NCBI GenBank assembly: GCA_036677065.1 | Contig: JAKFBS010000001.1 | Location: 224,001 to 288,000, forward strand | Reading direction: 5' to 3' | Source of the DNA: Bdellovibrio sp. | Lineage (GTDB): Bacteria; Bdellovibrionota; Bdellovibrionia; Bdellovibrionales; Bdellovibrionaceae | DNA length: 64,000 nucleotides | In this document: positions 21,004-30,351 of the stretch, piece after piece | Layout of the letters: each line of letters starts with the position of its first letter | Numbering within the stretch: the first letter of the stretch is position 1 | Notes under the pieces: model-generated | What the model was told of the DNA's origin: nothing | Databases searched by the model: none | The model's input: only the letters and a program-made list of their open reading frames with translations | Program-made: the position numbers and the translations under genes

Positions 21004-22695
21004 CTATAAATATAATTCTTGGGTTGCAGGTGCAATAACATCTAACAAGTTATTAAAAGTACTGGCAACTTGTGACGCTACCGCTGGGCCATCGACACTA
21101 TCAACTTTGGCGATATCGCCGTTTGGTTTATAAGATACTTTAATTGATCCTAAACCGGGGCGGGTTACTGTCTGTGGTTTACCAAAGCGTTCTTCGTAAT
21201 CGATCTTCACAACCTTTTTAGCTTGGTCAGTGATCGATTGGATGCGGCCTTTTAAATCGTAAGTCATATTGATCTTTTGACCATCGCTGTTTTCAGCGTA
21301 AGTTAAATTACCTTTGCCATCATATTTAAAAGCAGTATTGCGAATAGTTGTCGCTTTGCCTTTTTCGTTGATGAAGCTCGTTTTAACAGTTGAGACACGT
21401 TTAATCGTCTGATCATAAGTGTATTCAAGTTTTGCCGAAGAAGTCGTTTTAGTTTTAGGTAAACCATCAGCAAAGTATTCGAAATCAATACGGTCATTAT
21501 TGATTTTGATTGTTACTGGTTTGCCGAAAGTATCATGGTATGTGATATCGCGGATTGAACCATTTACGTTTGTTAACAAACGCGATAACACCACTTGGCC
21601 ATTCGGCAATTGTTTGTGCCAAAATTCATAACGGTTAGTCGCTAAAGTTTGTTTGCCACACACTTTAGTCGCCGTTGACCAATAGTTAAATTTCGGATTT
21701 GAAGTCGAAAATTCGTACTTATAGCTTTCATTACATTTATCACGGTCGGTAAAAGATAAAACCCAGTCTTTCACATTGTCGTACTTGATCGCGATTGATG
21801 TCTTATCTGGCCAGTTAGCTTTTGTTAAGTTATGAAATTCATTGTATTCGTAAGTGTAGACATCAGTTTCTTTTTTAGCCCAGGCATTGCGATTCCAGAT
21901 TAAATCTTCTTGTTGATTATATTTGTATTCAGTCATCAAACCATTTGGGCCAGTGATGCGTTGAACTTTTTTATTCGGGTAATACTTAAAAGCTAATTTG
22001 CGTGAGTTGTTATCAGTGATTTCTGTTAATAAATCTTTTTGGTATTCAAATTTTAAATAGTTTCCGTTTTTGTCATACATATGTGTTAGGCGGCCTTCAC
22101 CATCAAAACGTTGCATGCTGCCATCCGGAAGAGTGCGCGTGTATACACCCTTACTTAAAATAACATTCTCAACTTCTTTGGCATTAGCCATGTATTTGGT
22201 ACCTTCTTTAACGGGCACAATAATACCGAATTGGCGCGCGTATTGTGAACGTACTTCAGAATCATCGTAAAGTTGAACTTCGATGTTTTTCCAGTATTCA
22301 GCCGCGTTCGAGCTTAATTTTTTATCAGCACGCATTTTTGTGATGATTTGTTTGATTGAACTCTCAACGTCTTTTTTAGTTAATTCACGAGCTGAATAAA
22401 CGATTTCTTGGCCGTCACCACACTCAGAGATTTTAAGATTACCCTCTGGAGTTGTTTCTAGTCTTGTTTCAAACTCAGAACACCAACCGAAGCCAAATAA
22501 TCCAATATAGATAGTACGGCTTTTATAAGCGCGAAGTACGCGCATATCATAACCAGTTCCTGGCACCTCTAAGTCAGTCCAAGTATTGGAATAACCAGCG
22601 TTATTCATATCTACTAAAGCATGTGCTTTTTCAGTTAATGTTAACGTTGCAAAAGTCGCTGCGACTGCAAGAAGAACATTCCATGTCTTCATCAT
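21004..22695 (-). CDS. YD/RHS-repeat protein (Bd0109-like)
   Basis: Signal peptide, GLFGFGWCS (DUF6531-like), repeated YD..GNL/YDLKGRI units, no toxin C-terminus. Follows tadB. Confidence 0.85.
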   Translation of the reverse strand: MMKTWNVLLAVAATFATLTLTEKAHALVDMNNAGYSNTWTDLEVPGTGYDMRVLRAYKSRTIYIGLFGFGWCSEFETRLETTPEGNLKISECGDGQEIVYSARELTKKDVESSIKQIITKMRADKKLSSNAAEYWKNIEVQLYDDSEVRSQYARQFGIIVPVKEGTKYMANAKEVENVILSKGVYTRTLPDGSMQRFDGEGRLTHMYDKNGNYLKFEYQKDLLTEITDNNSRKLAFKYYPNKKVQRITGPNGLMTEYKYNQQEDLIWNRNAWAKKETDVYTYEYNEFHNLTKANWPDKTSIAIKYDNVKDWVLSFTDRDKCNESYKYEFSTSNPKFNYWSTATKVCGKQTLATNRYEFWHKQLPNGQVVLSRLLTNVNGSIRDITYHDTFGKPVTIKINNDRIDFEYFADGLPKTKTTSSAKLEYTYDQTIKRVSTVKTSFINEKGKATTIRNTAFKYDGKGNLTYAENSDGQKINMTYDLKGRIQSITDQAKKVVKIDYEERFGKPQTVTRPGLGSIKVSYKPNGDIAKVDSVDGPAVASQVASTFNNLLDVIAPATQELYL

Positions 22696-22736
22696 TAAAA
22701 ACCTCGTGTGTCTTGATTGGCCTCATTTTTAAGGCG

Positions 22737-23612
22737 CTACACTTTTATTGTAACAACTTTTTTGATTACGATCCCACCAATAATTTGCAAACCTAGCATA
22801 ACAGCCAGCATGATTATGCCTAAGACAGTTTCAAACATCGGTTTGATAAATTCAGGGTCTAGGATAAAGAAAACAAAGCCCATAACAAATGGAATGCACG
22901 AAACGATGATTCCCTGCATGATACCTTGGGCTGTCATCGCAGAAATTTTCTTTTCTAACTTTTGGCGTTCACGAATTGTCGAGACTATAGTCTGGAAAGT
23001 TTCAGCCATGTTGCCGCCAGTTTCTTTTAAAATCACTACGGCAGTTACAAACATCTGCACGTCGGGGCGGGGAATACGCTCAGCTAAATCAGTTAACGCT
23101 TCTTCGTAACTTTGACCGAATTGGGTTTGCGTTAATACTTGGTTAAATTCGGCTTTAACAGGGTTTGCCATAATTTCTACAACGCGTGCCATAGTTTGCT
23201 GCGGATTCGATCCTGATTTTACCCCATTGGCCATAATAGTTAAGGCATCAACCATTTGTCCGACGAAAGCATTACAGCGGCGTTCATAAAGATTTTTATA
23301 AAATAAAGGTAATGCTTGAAAGCCTGCGATGCCCATAGATGCACCAAAGAAAAATCCAAGCATAGCATTTGGCCAAACTAAGGCAAAAAACAATAAGCCA
23401 ACGCCTAAACTTGAAATCAGCTGCAGACGAATTACTTTTTTTTCGTCGACATCCATACCAAGCAGTTTCATATGCATCATGATATCAGATTTTTTTGCAG
23501 CACCACTTCGGCCGATGCGGCCAAATAAAGTATCTGCATACATATACACAGCAAAAAATACAGAAATTCCAAACAATGGAAACACTAACCATTCATGTCT
23601 AAAAATATCCAT
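22737..23612 (-). CDS. tadB: Tad pilus inner-membrane platform protein
   Basis: T2SSF domain: DALTIMANGVKSG, ETGGNMAETF, RERQKL.KKI.AMTAQG. Confidence 0.9.
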   Translation of the reverse strand: MDIFRHEWLVFPLFGISVFFAVYMYADTLFGRIGRSGAAKKSDIMMHMKLLGMDVDEKKVIRLQLISSLGVGLLFFALVWPNAMLGFFFGASMGIAGFQALPLFYKNLYERRCNAFVGQMVDALTIMANGVKSGSNPQQTMARVVEIMANPVKAEFNQVLTQTQFGQSYEEALTDLAERIPRPDVQMFVTAVVILKETGGNMAETFQTIVSTIRERQKLEKKISAMTAQGIMQGIIVSCIPFVMGFVFFILDPEFIKPMFETVLGIIMLAVMLGLQIIGGIVIKKVVTIKV

Positions 23613-23624
23613 ACACTATCCTCA

Positions 23625-25844
23625 CTATCCCGCTTTTTTCGGCGGTGTAGTTGTTGTGCCTGTAGCACCCGGAGTTGCAGGTTTAGCTGCGGTAGCTGCA
23701 GGTTGCGCTGGCGTAGCCGGTTTTACTTCATTCGAAAAGATTTCCATTGGGATGTTTCCACCCTTGTCTTTAATTTCTTGAACAAATGATGGAACCGTAC
23801 CAGTCGCTTGGAACTGACCAATGATTTTTCTGTTTTTATCGTAGCCGGTTTCTTTGTATCTAAAAATTTCAGCCAAGGTAACTACATCACCTTGCATACC
23901 AACGACTTCAGTAATACTGATGATTTTACGAGTACCGTCAGACATACGCACGATCTGAATAATTAAATCTACGGCACCTGCGATTTGTTCGCGAATGGCA
24001 CGCATTGGTAAATCTAACCCCGACATCATCACTAGTGTTTCTAAACGCGCAATACATTCACGTGGTGAATTGGCATGTGTGGTTGTCATTGAACCATCAT
24101 GACCTGTATTCATCGCCTGTAACATATCTAAAGCAGCGCCATCGCGCGTTTCTCCGACCACGATACGATCAGGACGCATACGTAAGGCATTCTTAATTAA
24201 ATCACGAATTGTAACTGCGTTTGTGCCTTCCATTGAAGGTGGGCGCGTTTCTAAGCGCACAACATGCTCTTGCATAAGTTGTAATTCGGCAGCATCTTCC
24301 ACCGTGATTACGCGTTCATGCACTGGAATCCAAGAAGAAATCATATTTAATAACGAGGTTTTACCTGAACCGGTACCGCCGCTGATAACAACGTTGTAAC
24401 CGTATTCAACCGAAATGCGCATGAACTCGAGCATGTTTTTTGTAGCACTGCCGTATTCAATGTATTTTTCAGGATTGATTCCGCCTTTTTTAAATTTACG
24501 AATTGTTAATGCTGGGCCATCTAATGATAAAGGCTCAATAACTGCATTCACACGCGATCCATCTTTAAGACGGGCATCCACATACGGAGTCGCATTATTA
24601 ATCTGACGGCCAAGGGGTGTAACAATACGCTCGATGATACGGCGTAAATGGTCATTTGAAGTAAATTTAATTCCGCTCAGCTGAACTTTACCAGACTTTT
24701 CAATAAAGATCCGGTTCGCGCCATTCACCATAATCTCAGAGATTGATGGATCAGCTAACATGTCTTCTAGCGGGCCAAGCCCTAAAGCTTCTTCTAAAAC
24801 TTCTTTAGTTAATTTTTGACGATCTTCACGAGATAAATCTGGCGCTTCTTTATCTACGATTCCAGAAATATCACGCTGAGTTTTAGTGCGTAATTCTTTT
24901 TCTTTGCTTTCGCCTTCGTTGGCTTCAGCTAAGATTTTTTTCAAATCGATAGTGCGGATTAATTCAGAATGCACACGTAATTTTGTCACAATCCAAGGAT
25001 CCATGCCCTTGGCAACAAGTTCGGCGCCGCCACCAGCTGCAGAAGCCGTTGAAGGAGCCACCGAAGGTTTTGGTTTTTGCATGCTTTTAAGACGTTGTAA
25101 TGTTCCGCCAGATAATTTTCTGACAAAATCAAAATATGCCGAAGAAATCGGAGATTTCGGATTTGCGACAACGAATGGCTTTGATTGTGAAATCGAACTC
25201 ATCGTTGTGGCTTCATCAGAAGGAATCATCGCCATCGGTGACAACCCTAAATGCTGGGCGATCATTGCCGGCTGTAAGCCATTCGGCCCAATCTTATTTA
25301 TAATTAATTGAAACATTTCACGCGGAATCGATTGCGTCATCAATTCATTAATCATTCTTTGTGTTTGTTGTACGACAAGGATTTCAGGAGTCGCAATTAT
25401 AGCAACTGCCGTAGCATCTGCTAAAATAGTATTTTGCATTGGCCCTAATTCATTACCGCAATCAACAATGATAAATTTAAAGCTGCGCGAAAAAAATTCG
25501 ATAAGCTTAGATAAATTTTCTGGATTAACACTTAAAATTTCTTCTGGTCCGCGTACGGCGCCTAAATATGAAAAACCTGCTGGATGCTGAGTCACGATCT
25601 GTTGAATTGGAGTAGAATTCAAAGACGCCGTCGAAGTTGCAAGTTCACGTAATGTTTTAAGAGGTTTAAGACCTGTAATGATATTTTGATCGCCGACACT
25701 TTTGGTATCGCAATCAATTAAAAGAACCGGAGTTCTTAGTTCGGCCGTGATGGCCGCAGTTAAATTGGCAGCGAATACGGATTTACCGACGCCACCTTTA
25801 CCGCCGACCACGGCGATTAATGCACAGTTTGAATTTATGGCCAC
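23625..25844 (-). CDS. tadA: Fused CpaE/TadZ (MinD-like) and CpaF/TadA pilus ATPase
   Basis: N-terminal GGKGGVGKS. C-terminal GLGPLE.ML.DP.ISEIMVNG, GGTGSGKTS, LRMRPDRIVVGE, MNTGHDGS. Confidence 0.93.
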   Translation of the reverse strand: MAINSNCALIAVVGGKGGVGKSVFAANLTAAITAELRTPVLLIDCDTKSVGDQNIITGLKPLKTLRELATSTASLNSTPIQQIVTQHPAGFSYLGAVRGPEEILSVNPENLSKLIEFFSRSFKFIIVDCGNELGPMQNTILADATAVAIIATPEILVVQQTQRMINELMTQSIPREMFQLIINKIGPNGLQPAMIAQHLGLSPMAMIPSDEATTMSSISQSKPFVVANPKSPISSAYFDFVRKLSGGTLQRLKSMQKPKPSVAPSTASAAGGGAELVAKGMDPWIVTKLRVHSELIRTIDLKKILAEANEGESKEKELRTKTQRDISGIVDKEAPDLSREDRQKLTKEVLEEALGLGPLEDMLADPSISEIMVNGANRIFIEKSGKVQLSGIKFTSNDHLRRIIERIVTPLGRQINNATPYVDARLKDGSRVNAVIEPLSLDGPALTIRKFKKGGINPEKYIEYGSATKNMLEFMRISVEYGYNVVISGGTGSGKTSLLNMISSWIPVHERVITVEDAAELQLMQEHVVRLETRPPSMEGTNAVTIRDLIKNALRMRPDRIVVGETRDGAALDMLQAMNTGHDGSMTTTHANSPRECIARLETLVMMSGLDLPMRAIREQIAGAVDLIIQIVRMSDGTRKIISITEVVGMQGDVVTLAEIFRYKETGYDKNRKIIGQFQATGTVPSFVQEIKDKGGNIPMEIFSNEVKPATPAQPAATAAKPATPGATGTTTTPPKKAG

Positions 25845-25878
25845 AAATACTCCTTTGGGCTAGCCGCCGACGGCTTAA

Positions 25879-27477
25879 CTAATCTTTGAATCTAAATTTT
25901 TTCTTCACTTGTTCAACGCCGGCACTTGCTGAAGATTTAATAATTGGCGTTACGAACAAGACATAATTATTGGTACTTTTTGTATAGCTTTTTCCGTGAT
26001 TTAAAGTCACGATCGCACCGGCGCCGGTAGGACCGCCGAATTGATTTTCACTTTTCTTTGAAATGATTCCGGCAATCGCAGCGCTTTGACGGCTGCGCAC
26101 TGACACTTGTGTGGCTACAGTTGTGTTGGGAGTCGTCTGTGATAGTCCCGCCGAACTGGTAACAACTGTAATTCCTGTTTGAACTAATTCCGAACGCTCA
26201 GACATAATTGTCGGTGCGTTCAAAGTTAAATTGAGTGTGAACTGTTGAGTATTCGTAGGTGGTTGGCCGACAGTCGTGGCCCCGTTATTAAGACCGAATG
26301 TACGTGATAAACTTGCGCTCGGATTTTTATCTTGGGTTAAAAGAGACGCCGTATCCAATAAGCGCACATAACCATGAGTTCTAGCCCAGTTTAATTTCGG
26401 TAATAAATTATCTACGATCGAAGCTAATTCACTGATACTGCCTGGAGCGTTGGCCTGACCTTGTGTTTGTGATTCGCCTAAACCACGCAGTGAAGGTGAA
26501 AAAGTGAAATTGAAATTTCTTAAATAACGTTCAGCATATTCAACCACGTGAATTACAACTTGGATCATTTTTGGTGGAGGCGTAACTTTATCTTCGGCTT
26601 TACGTACTTGGATTAAATTGATGACGTACGCGCCGATATCAGTTTGCGGTTTACGGTCAACGATTTTTACACTGGTTGCCAATGTGGCTTCAAAGCCTGT
26701 GTCTTGCACGATGTCTGGCAAATACAGTAAAACCACGTCGTTGATACGATTTTTTTCTTCAATTGAATTTACGAAACCTTCTAGTCTGATAAAATCACCA
26801 ATAGATGTAACTGTGATTTCAGGATTATTAATATCACGGGCAATGTATTCTACAATTTTTTTCTTAGCAAGAGGGCTTAAACCGACAAGACTTACTACGA
26901 CTCCGCCAAACTGAGTAATAACCTGACCTATGCGTTTTAAATCTTTAGGCAATAAAACAAAGCCATCTAAAATTATTTTTCCATTTACAATTTTATATTC
27001 AATACCTTCGATATCATTTAGAAGAGCTTGTGTTTCACGTAACATTTTTTCAATCGTTTGATCACGAATATCAATACGCAGCTCAACTAAAATTTGTCCG
27101 GTTTTTTTATTGTGAATTGTGACAATCCCATTACCAATTTTTGTCGGTAAGATTCTGAAAGTGTCAGTATTTTTAATGCGTTGCAAATCAATAAGCTCAA
27201 CGCCTCCACCTTTATAAGTAAGTGGAATTTCAGGAATTGAAATTTCTTCGTCGTGTTTCATGCCGGCGATTAAATTTAAATGTCTACGAATTCTTTTTTT
27301 GTTGGGTTCTGCTGATAAAATTTTAACTGTAGTGCCGCCGCCTTCTTCAACCTCTTCGTAAACAGGTTTATCTGCGGCTGCAGCAAGCGTATTGAGTGCA
27401 GAACTAGATTGTGCATGCGCAAACTGAAATGCGAAATATAAAATAAAAAATAAACGTATCCGTACGCTTTTTAGCAT
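25879..27477 (-). CDS. cpaC: Tad secretin-like protein with BON domain (CpaC/RcpA)
   Basis: Signal peptide, BON-like segment (I.V..IG..IRLEG.V), secretin-type C-terminus (AIAGII...VLFVTPII), position after cpaB. Confidence 0.75.
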   Translation of the reverse strand: MLKSVRIRLFFILYFAFQFAHAQSSSALNTLAAAADKPVYEEVEEGGGTTVKILSAEPNKKRIRRHLNLIAGMKHDEEISIPEIPLTYKGGGVELIDLQRIKNTDTFRILPTKIGNGIVTIHNKKTGQILVELRIDIRDQTIEKMLRETQALLNDIEGIEYKIVNGKIILDGFVLLPKDLKRIGQVITQFGGVVVSLVGLSPLAKKKIVEYIARDINNPEITVTSIGDFIRLEGFVNSIEEKNRINDVVLLYLPDIVQDTGFEATLATSVKIVDRKPQTDIGAYVINLIQVRKAEDKVTPPPKMIQVVIHVVEYAERYLRNFNFTFSPSLRGLGESQTQGQANAPGSISELASIVDNLLPKLNWARTHGYVRLLDTASLLTQDKNPSASLSRTFGLNNGATTVGQPPTNTQQFTLNLTLNAPTIMSERSELVQTGITVVTSSAGLSQTTPNTTVATQVSVRSRQSAAIAGIISKKSENQFGGPTGAGAIVTLNHGKSYTKSTNNYVLFVTPIIKSSASAGVEQVKKKFRFKD

Positions 27478-27481
27478 GCCC

Positions 27482-28351
27482 CTACTTGCCCGGAGAAAAA
27501 CCCCCAGCTCCATTATTTAAGTTTGGCTGAATTGGCTGAGAAAAGCCACTGGACTGTCCCATTGTCTGGTTGATCGCTTTTTGCTGAATACTCTCGGCCG
27601 TTGAAGACGGAAGTCGAGGTACTGCTTTGCGGTCATGAGGATTTCTAAGTAAGAAAAATAAACTGCTCGGATTCGTTGAAACCAAAAATACTAAGTCTTG
27701 AGCATCACTGGAATTTACTTCGATAGTTACGTTTCCGTATTTTGTATCACCAGTCAGGGTCGTTTGAATTAGACCTCGACCTGCCGGATCTTTTTCAATT
27801 GTACGCGGAATAGTGTTATTTAAATTCACACCGGTCGCCAAAATAATAATATCTTGCATAAGTAATACGACCTCACGCTTTTGCGCAGCCCCTTTGCCGG
27901 TATCAACCACAGCATAAATATCTACGCGGTCACCAGGACGAATTAAGCCACCATTAGCACGTGTTGGGTCTACAGGAATAGTTACTGCACGTTTGTTTGG
28001 TGACACCTGAATGGCCATGCCTGTATCTGGGCCCGGCTCTAGAACTTTATTTTTTGTTAAGGTTTGACCTTTTTTAATCGGAATTGCCGCTACCGTACCA
28101 ACCACATCAGGAATGTCGCTGAATGAATCTGGCTCGACATCACTTTTATATTTTTCAACAACTTCTAAAACGTTATCATAGATAGTGTCAAGATCACGAA
28201 TGTCTTCTTTAGCAACAACGACGCGAGTTTTTGCGCCAAGCTGTTTATCTACTTCTGCTTTTTTTTCTTGAGAGTATGTATAGAGCATAAAGGTCGCAAA
28301 AATTCCTGCTCCCAGAGATATCCATAAATTTTTTGACTCATTTGGTCCCAT
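27482..28351 (-). CDS. cpaB: Flp pilus assembly protein CpaB
   Basis: SAF domain (VVVAKEDI), RAVTIPVD...GGLIRPGDRVDI, LLRNPHD. Confidence 0.9.
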   Translation of the reverse strand: MGPNESKNLWISLGAGIFATFMLYTYSQEKKAEVDKQLGAKTRVVVAKEDIRDLDTIYDNVLEVVEKYKSDVEPDSFSDIPDVVGTVAAIPIKKGQTLTKNKVLEPGPDTGMAIQVSPNKRAVTIPVDPTRANGGLIRPGDRVDIYAVVDTGKGAAQKREVVLLMQDIIILATGVNLNNTIPRTIEKDPAGRGLIQTTLTGDTKYGNVTIEVNSSDAQDLVFLVSTNPSSLFFLLRNPHDRKAVPRLPSSTAESIQQKAINQTMGQSSGFSQPIQPNLNNGAGGFSPGK

Positions 28352-28362
28352 AATTCTCCCGC

Positions 28363-28893
28363 CTACTTACTACATTCGGCATTTAAACAGATTCCATAAA
28401 CGGTCTTGACCCATATTTCTGCTGTTGTAGGCGTATCTCTGGACGTAGGTACGAATAGCGAACCAGCACTCCAGACACCATCACTGTCTTTATCAACAAA
28501 TTTATGGCTGGATTCTGCAATATTAATGTTTGCCGTGAAGGTTACTGGACGAACGGTTGCTGGCCAAATGTCGCGTTGTTCAGTTGGCACATTACCATCT
28601 TGAATTGTGCCATGCACACGATTTTGAGCTTTTAAATAATTAATTTTATATTCTGCCCCAGGGCGAAAATACATTAAGTTAGAGCGAAAACGAAAAGTTT
28701 CCATCGTGTAATTATAGGATGCAATTGAATTTAAAATTCCTGAATGAACGGCTCCAAAAAAACCCAGTGAAAAGTTAAATAAAATTACAATCGTAAATAA
28801 AACCGGAATAGACTCGATCAGAGCCATTCCGCGTTCTGTTTTTTTAAAGGTACGAGGTCGGGCGAGACGTTTGTTTTTCATCTTAGCACCCAT
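28363..28893 (-). CDS. TadE-like pseudopilin
   Basis: Basic leader, RG|MALIES class III processing site, hydrophobic helix. Confidence 0.75.
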   Translation of the reverse strand: MGAKMKNKRLARPRTFKKTERGMALIESIPVLFTIVILFNFSLGFFGAVHSGILNSIASYNYTMETFRFRSNLMYFRPGAEYKINYLKAQNRVHGTIQDGNVPTEQRDIWPATVRPVTFTANINIAESSHKFVDKDSDGVWSAGSLFVPTSRDTPTTAEIWVKTVYGICLNAECSK

Positions 28894-29578
28894 TGTCTTC
28901 CATAGGTGCGTAGGCCGTGTCAGCGCTGCCTGATAGTGACTTCCAGGGAGTGAATTGCATTCCAGAATTTTCTTGAGGCAAAATTTTTACACCTTGAGTA
29001 AATTTATTTTTAAAAAAGTTAGTGCATTCTACCGTAGACGGGTGACGAAACAAAATTCCGCGTATTGGAAATTTAAATTCGTCAGGCGTGTCAGTGATTT
29101 TTCCTAAAAATGGAATATTCAATCCACTCAGTAGTTTTAGTTCTATAGTTGATTCAACACCAATCCATGGATGGCGAACTTCTCCGCCTGGTTCAGCTGC
29201 ATTTGCTGCATCAATTGCACTATCCTTTTTTTTGATACTGTCGGCAATATCACCTATAACCAGGTCGCCTCTGTCTGCGACGGTCGGCATTTTAAACCAA
29301 GGTGAGTCTGATCCATTTCCTGTTAATAACGGAAAGGCAGCTGTTAAATTTTCATATTTAGTTTCGCCAGCTTTTATGGCTGAGTCGGGATCGATGTTTC
29401 CCACTGCGTGAGCACGGGCTGTAGACCAAACAATATATTGCGCGATTTCAACAGTAGTTAGGGCAAACGTTAAAGCAAAAATTAATATGCCCGAGCCAAT
29501 AACCATTGTGAATGCAAATAGAAATTCTGCGGTCATAAACCCAGATTGGTTATGAATAAGCCCATTGCTTTTTTTCAC
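28883..29578 (-). CDS. TadE-like pseudopilin
   Basis: NQSG|FMTAEF processing motif, hydrophobic helix, TARA. Confidence 0.75.
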   Translation of the reverse strand: MKKSNGLIHNQSGFMTAEFLFAFTMVIGSGILIFALTFALTTVEIAQYIVWSTARAHAVGNIDPDSAIKAGETKYENLTAAFPLLTGNGSDSPWFKMPTVADRGDLVIGDIADSIKKKDSAIDAANAAEPGGEVRHPWIGVESTIELKLLSGLNIPFLGKITDTPDEFKFPIRGILFRHPSTVECTNFFKNKFTQGVKILPQENSGMQFTPWKSLSGSADTAYAPMEDNGC

Positions 29579-29895
29579 AGTCTGCTCGGATCTGAACTTA
29601 AAGCTCGGCTAATTGAATTTGGGTGACATTGCGATAGATTTTGTTTTTTCTTATTAGCGCCCAAACCTTCGCAAGCTTCGCGAAAAGTTCCAAAGCCGGT
29701 CATGTTGCGCATGCTTTTTACAGGACCTGTAAAAAGTTTTGAAATCATTTTTTTTTCTTTGATGACTCCGGTGACAAACATAAATACTCCGACCAGCAGA
29801 GCAGTCAAAAGAACGGCTTCAATAGCAAATTGCCCACGTTGATTGCGCGGAGCTGCTAAGAGTTTAGTCTTTCTTTTCCCACGGCACGCGTTCAC
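29575..29895 (-). CDS. TadE/Flp-like minor pilin
   Basis: NQRG|QFAIEAVLL. GTG start at 29895 preceded by GGAGG. Confidence 0.7.
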   Translation of the reverse strand: MNACRGKRKTKLLAAPRNQRGQFAIEAVLLTALLVGVFMFVTGVIKEKKMISKLFTGPVKSMRNMTGFGTFREACEGLGANKKKQNLSQCHPNSISRALSSDPSRL

Positions 29896-30070
29896 TGTCG
29901 CCTCCGGTGTTAGGATAAGGTTTGAAGCCACTGCCTGTCGCCAGCTGCGTTTCTACACGCGCCCCTAATTTAACGCTTCCTTTATTGAAGCCATCTTTAG
30001 GCGCTTTTAACAAAGCGGGCATCAAAACGAGCCCGGCCAGTGCTAAAAGTACGACATACTCAATCGTCAT
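29864..30070 (-). CDS. Flp-like pilin lacking a leader peptide
   Basis: Starts MTIEYVVLLALAGLVL (the Flp EY motif plus hydrophobic helix), 7 nt after the flp stop. Confidence 0.6.
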   Translation of the reverse strand: MTIEYVVLLALAGLVLMPALLKAPKDGFNKGSVKLGARVETQLATGSGFKPYPNTGGDSERVPWEKKD

Positions 30071-30077
30071 AAGTTAA

Positions 30078-30278
30078 TTACTCAACTGATTTTTGAACAG
30101 ATGTGTCGATGCTTGAACCAAGTCTATCAGTCGTTTCAGATAACTTAGTTTTGATTTTACCACCAAACATCATTACAAGACCAACAACAACGGCAACTAA
30201 TAAGATGTACTCAGTAGCACCTTGACCGCGGTTATTTTTTAACGAATTTCTTGTGAATTTTTTTAAAGAAGTTAGCAT
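30078..30278 (-). CDS. flp: Flp pilin
   Basis: NNRG|QGATEYILLVAVVVGLV. AAGGAG RBS. Confidence 0.9.
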   Translation of the reverse strand: MLTSLKKFTRNSLKNNRGQGATEYILLVAVVVGLVMMFGGKIKTKLSETTDRLGSSIDTSVQKSVE

Positions 30279-30310
30279 ATTTTGCTCCTTAGTTACGTTT
30301 TACAATGGTT

Positions 30311-30337
30311 TTATCGACTTAATTTAAGAAAAACTTA
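30311..30337 (-). promoter_or_regulatory. Sigma28 (FliA)-type promoter of the flp/tad operon
   Basis: Minus strand TAAG-N15-GTCGATAA (consensus TAAA-N15-GCCGATAA), 32 bp upstream of the flp ATG. Confidence 0.7.
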
Positions 30338-30351
30338 ACTGGTATAAAGGC

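Noticed and set aside
21004..22695. RHS protein as a polymorphic toxin
   Set aside because: No DPxG cleavage motif or toxin tip. Context matches the Bd0109 pilus-associated protein.
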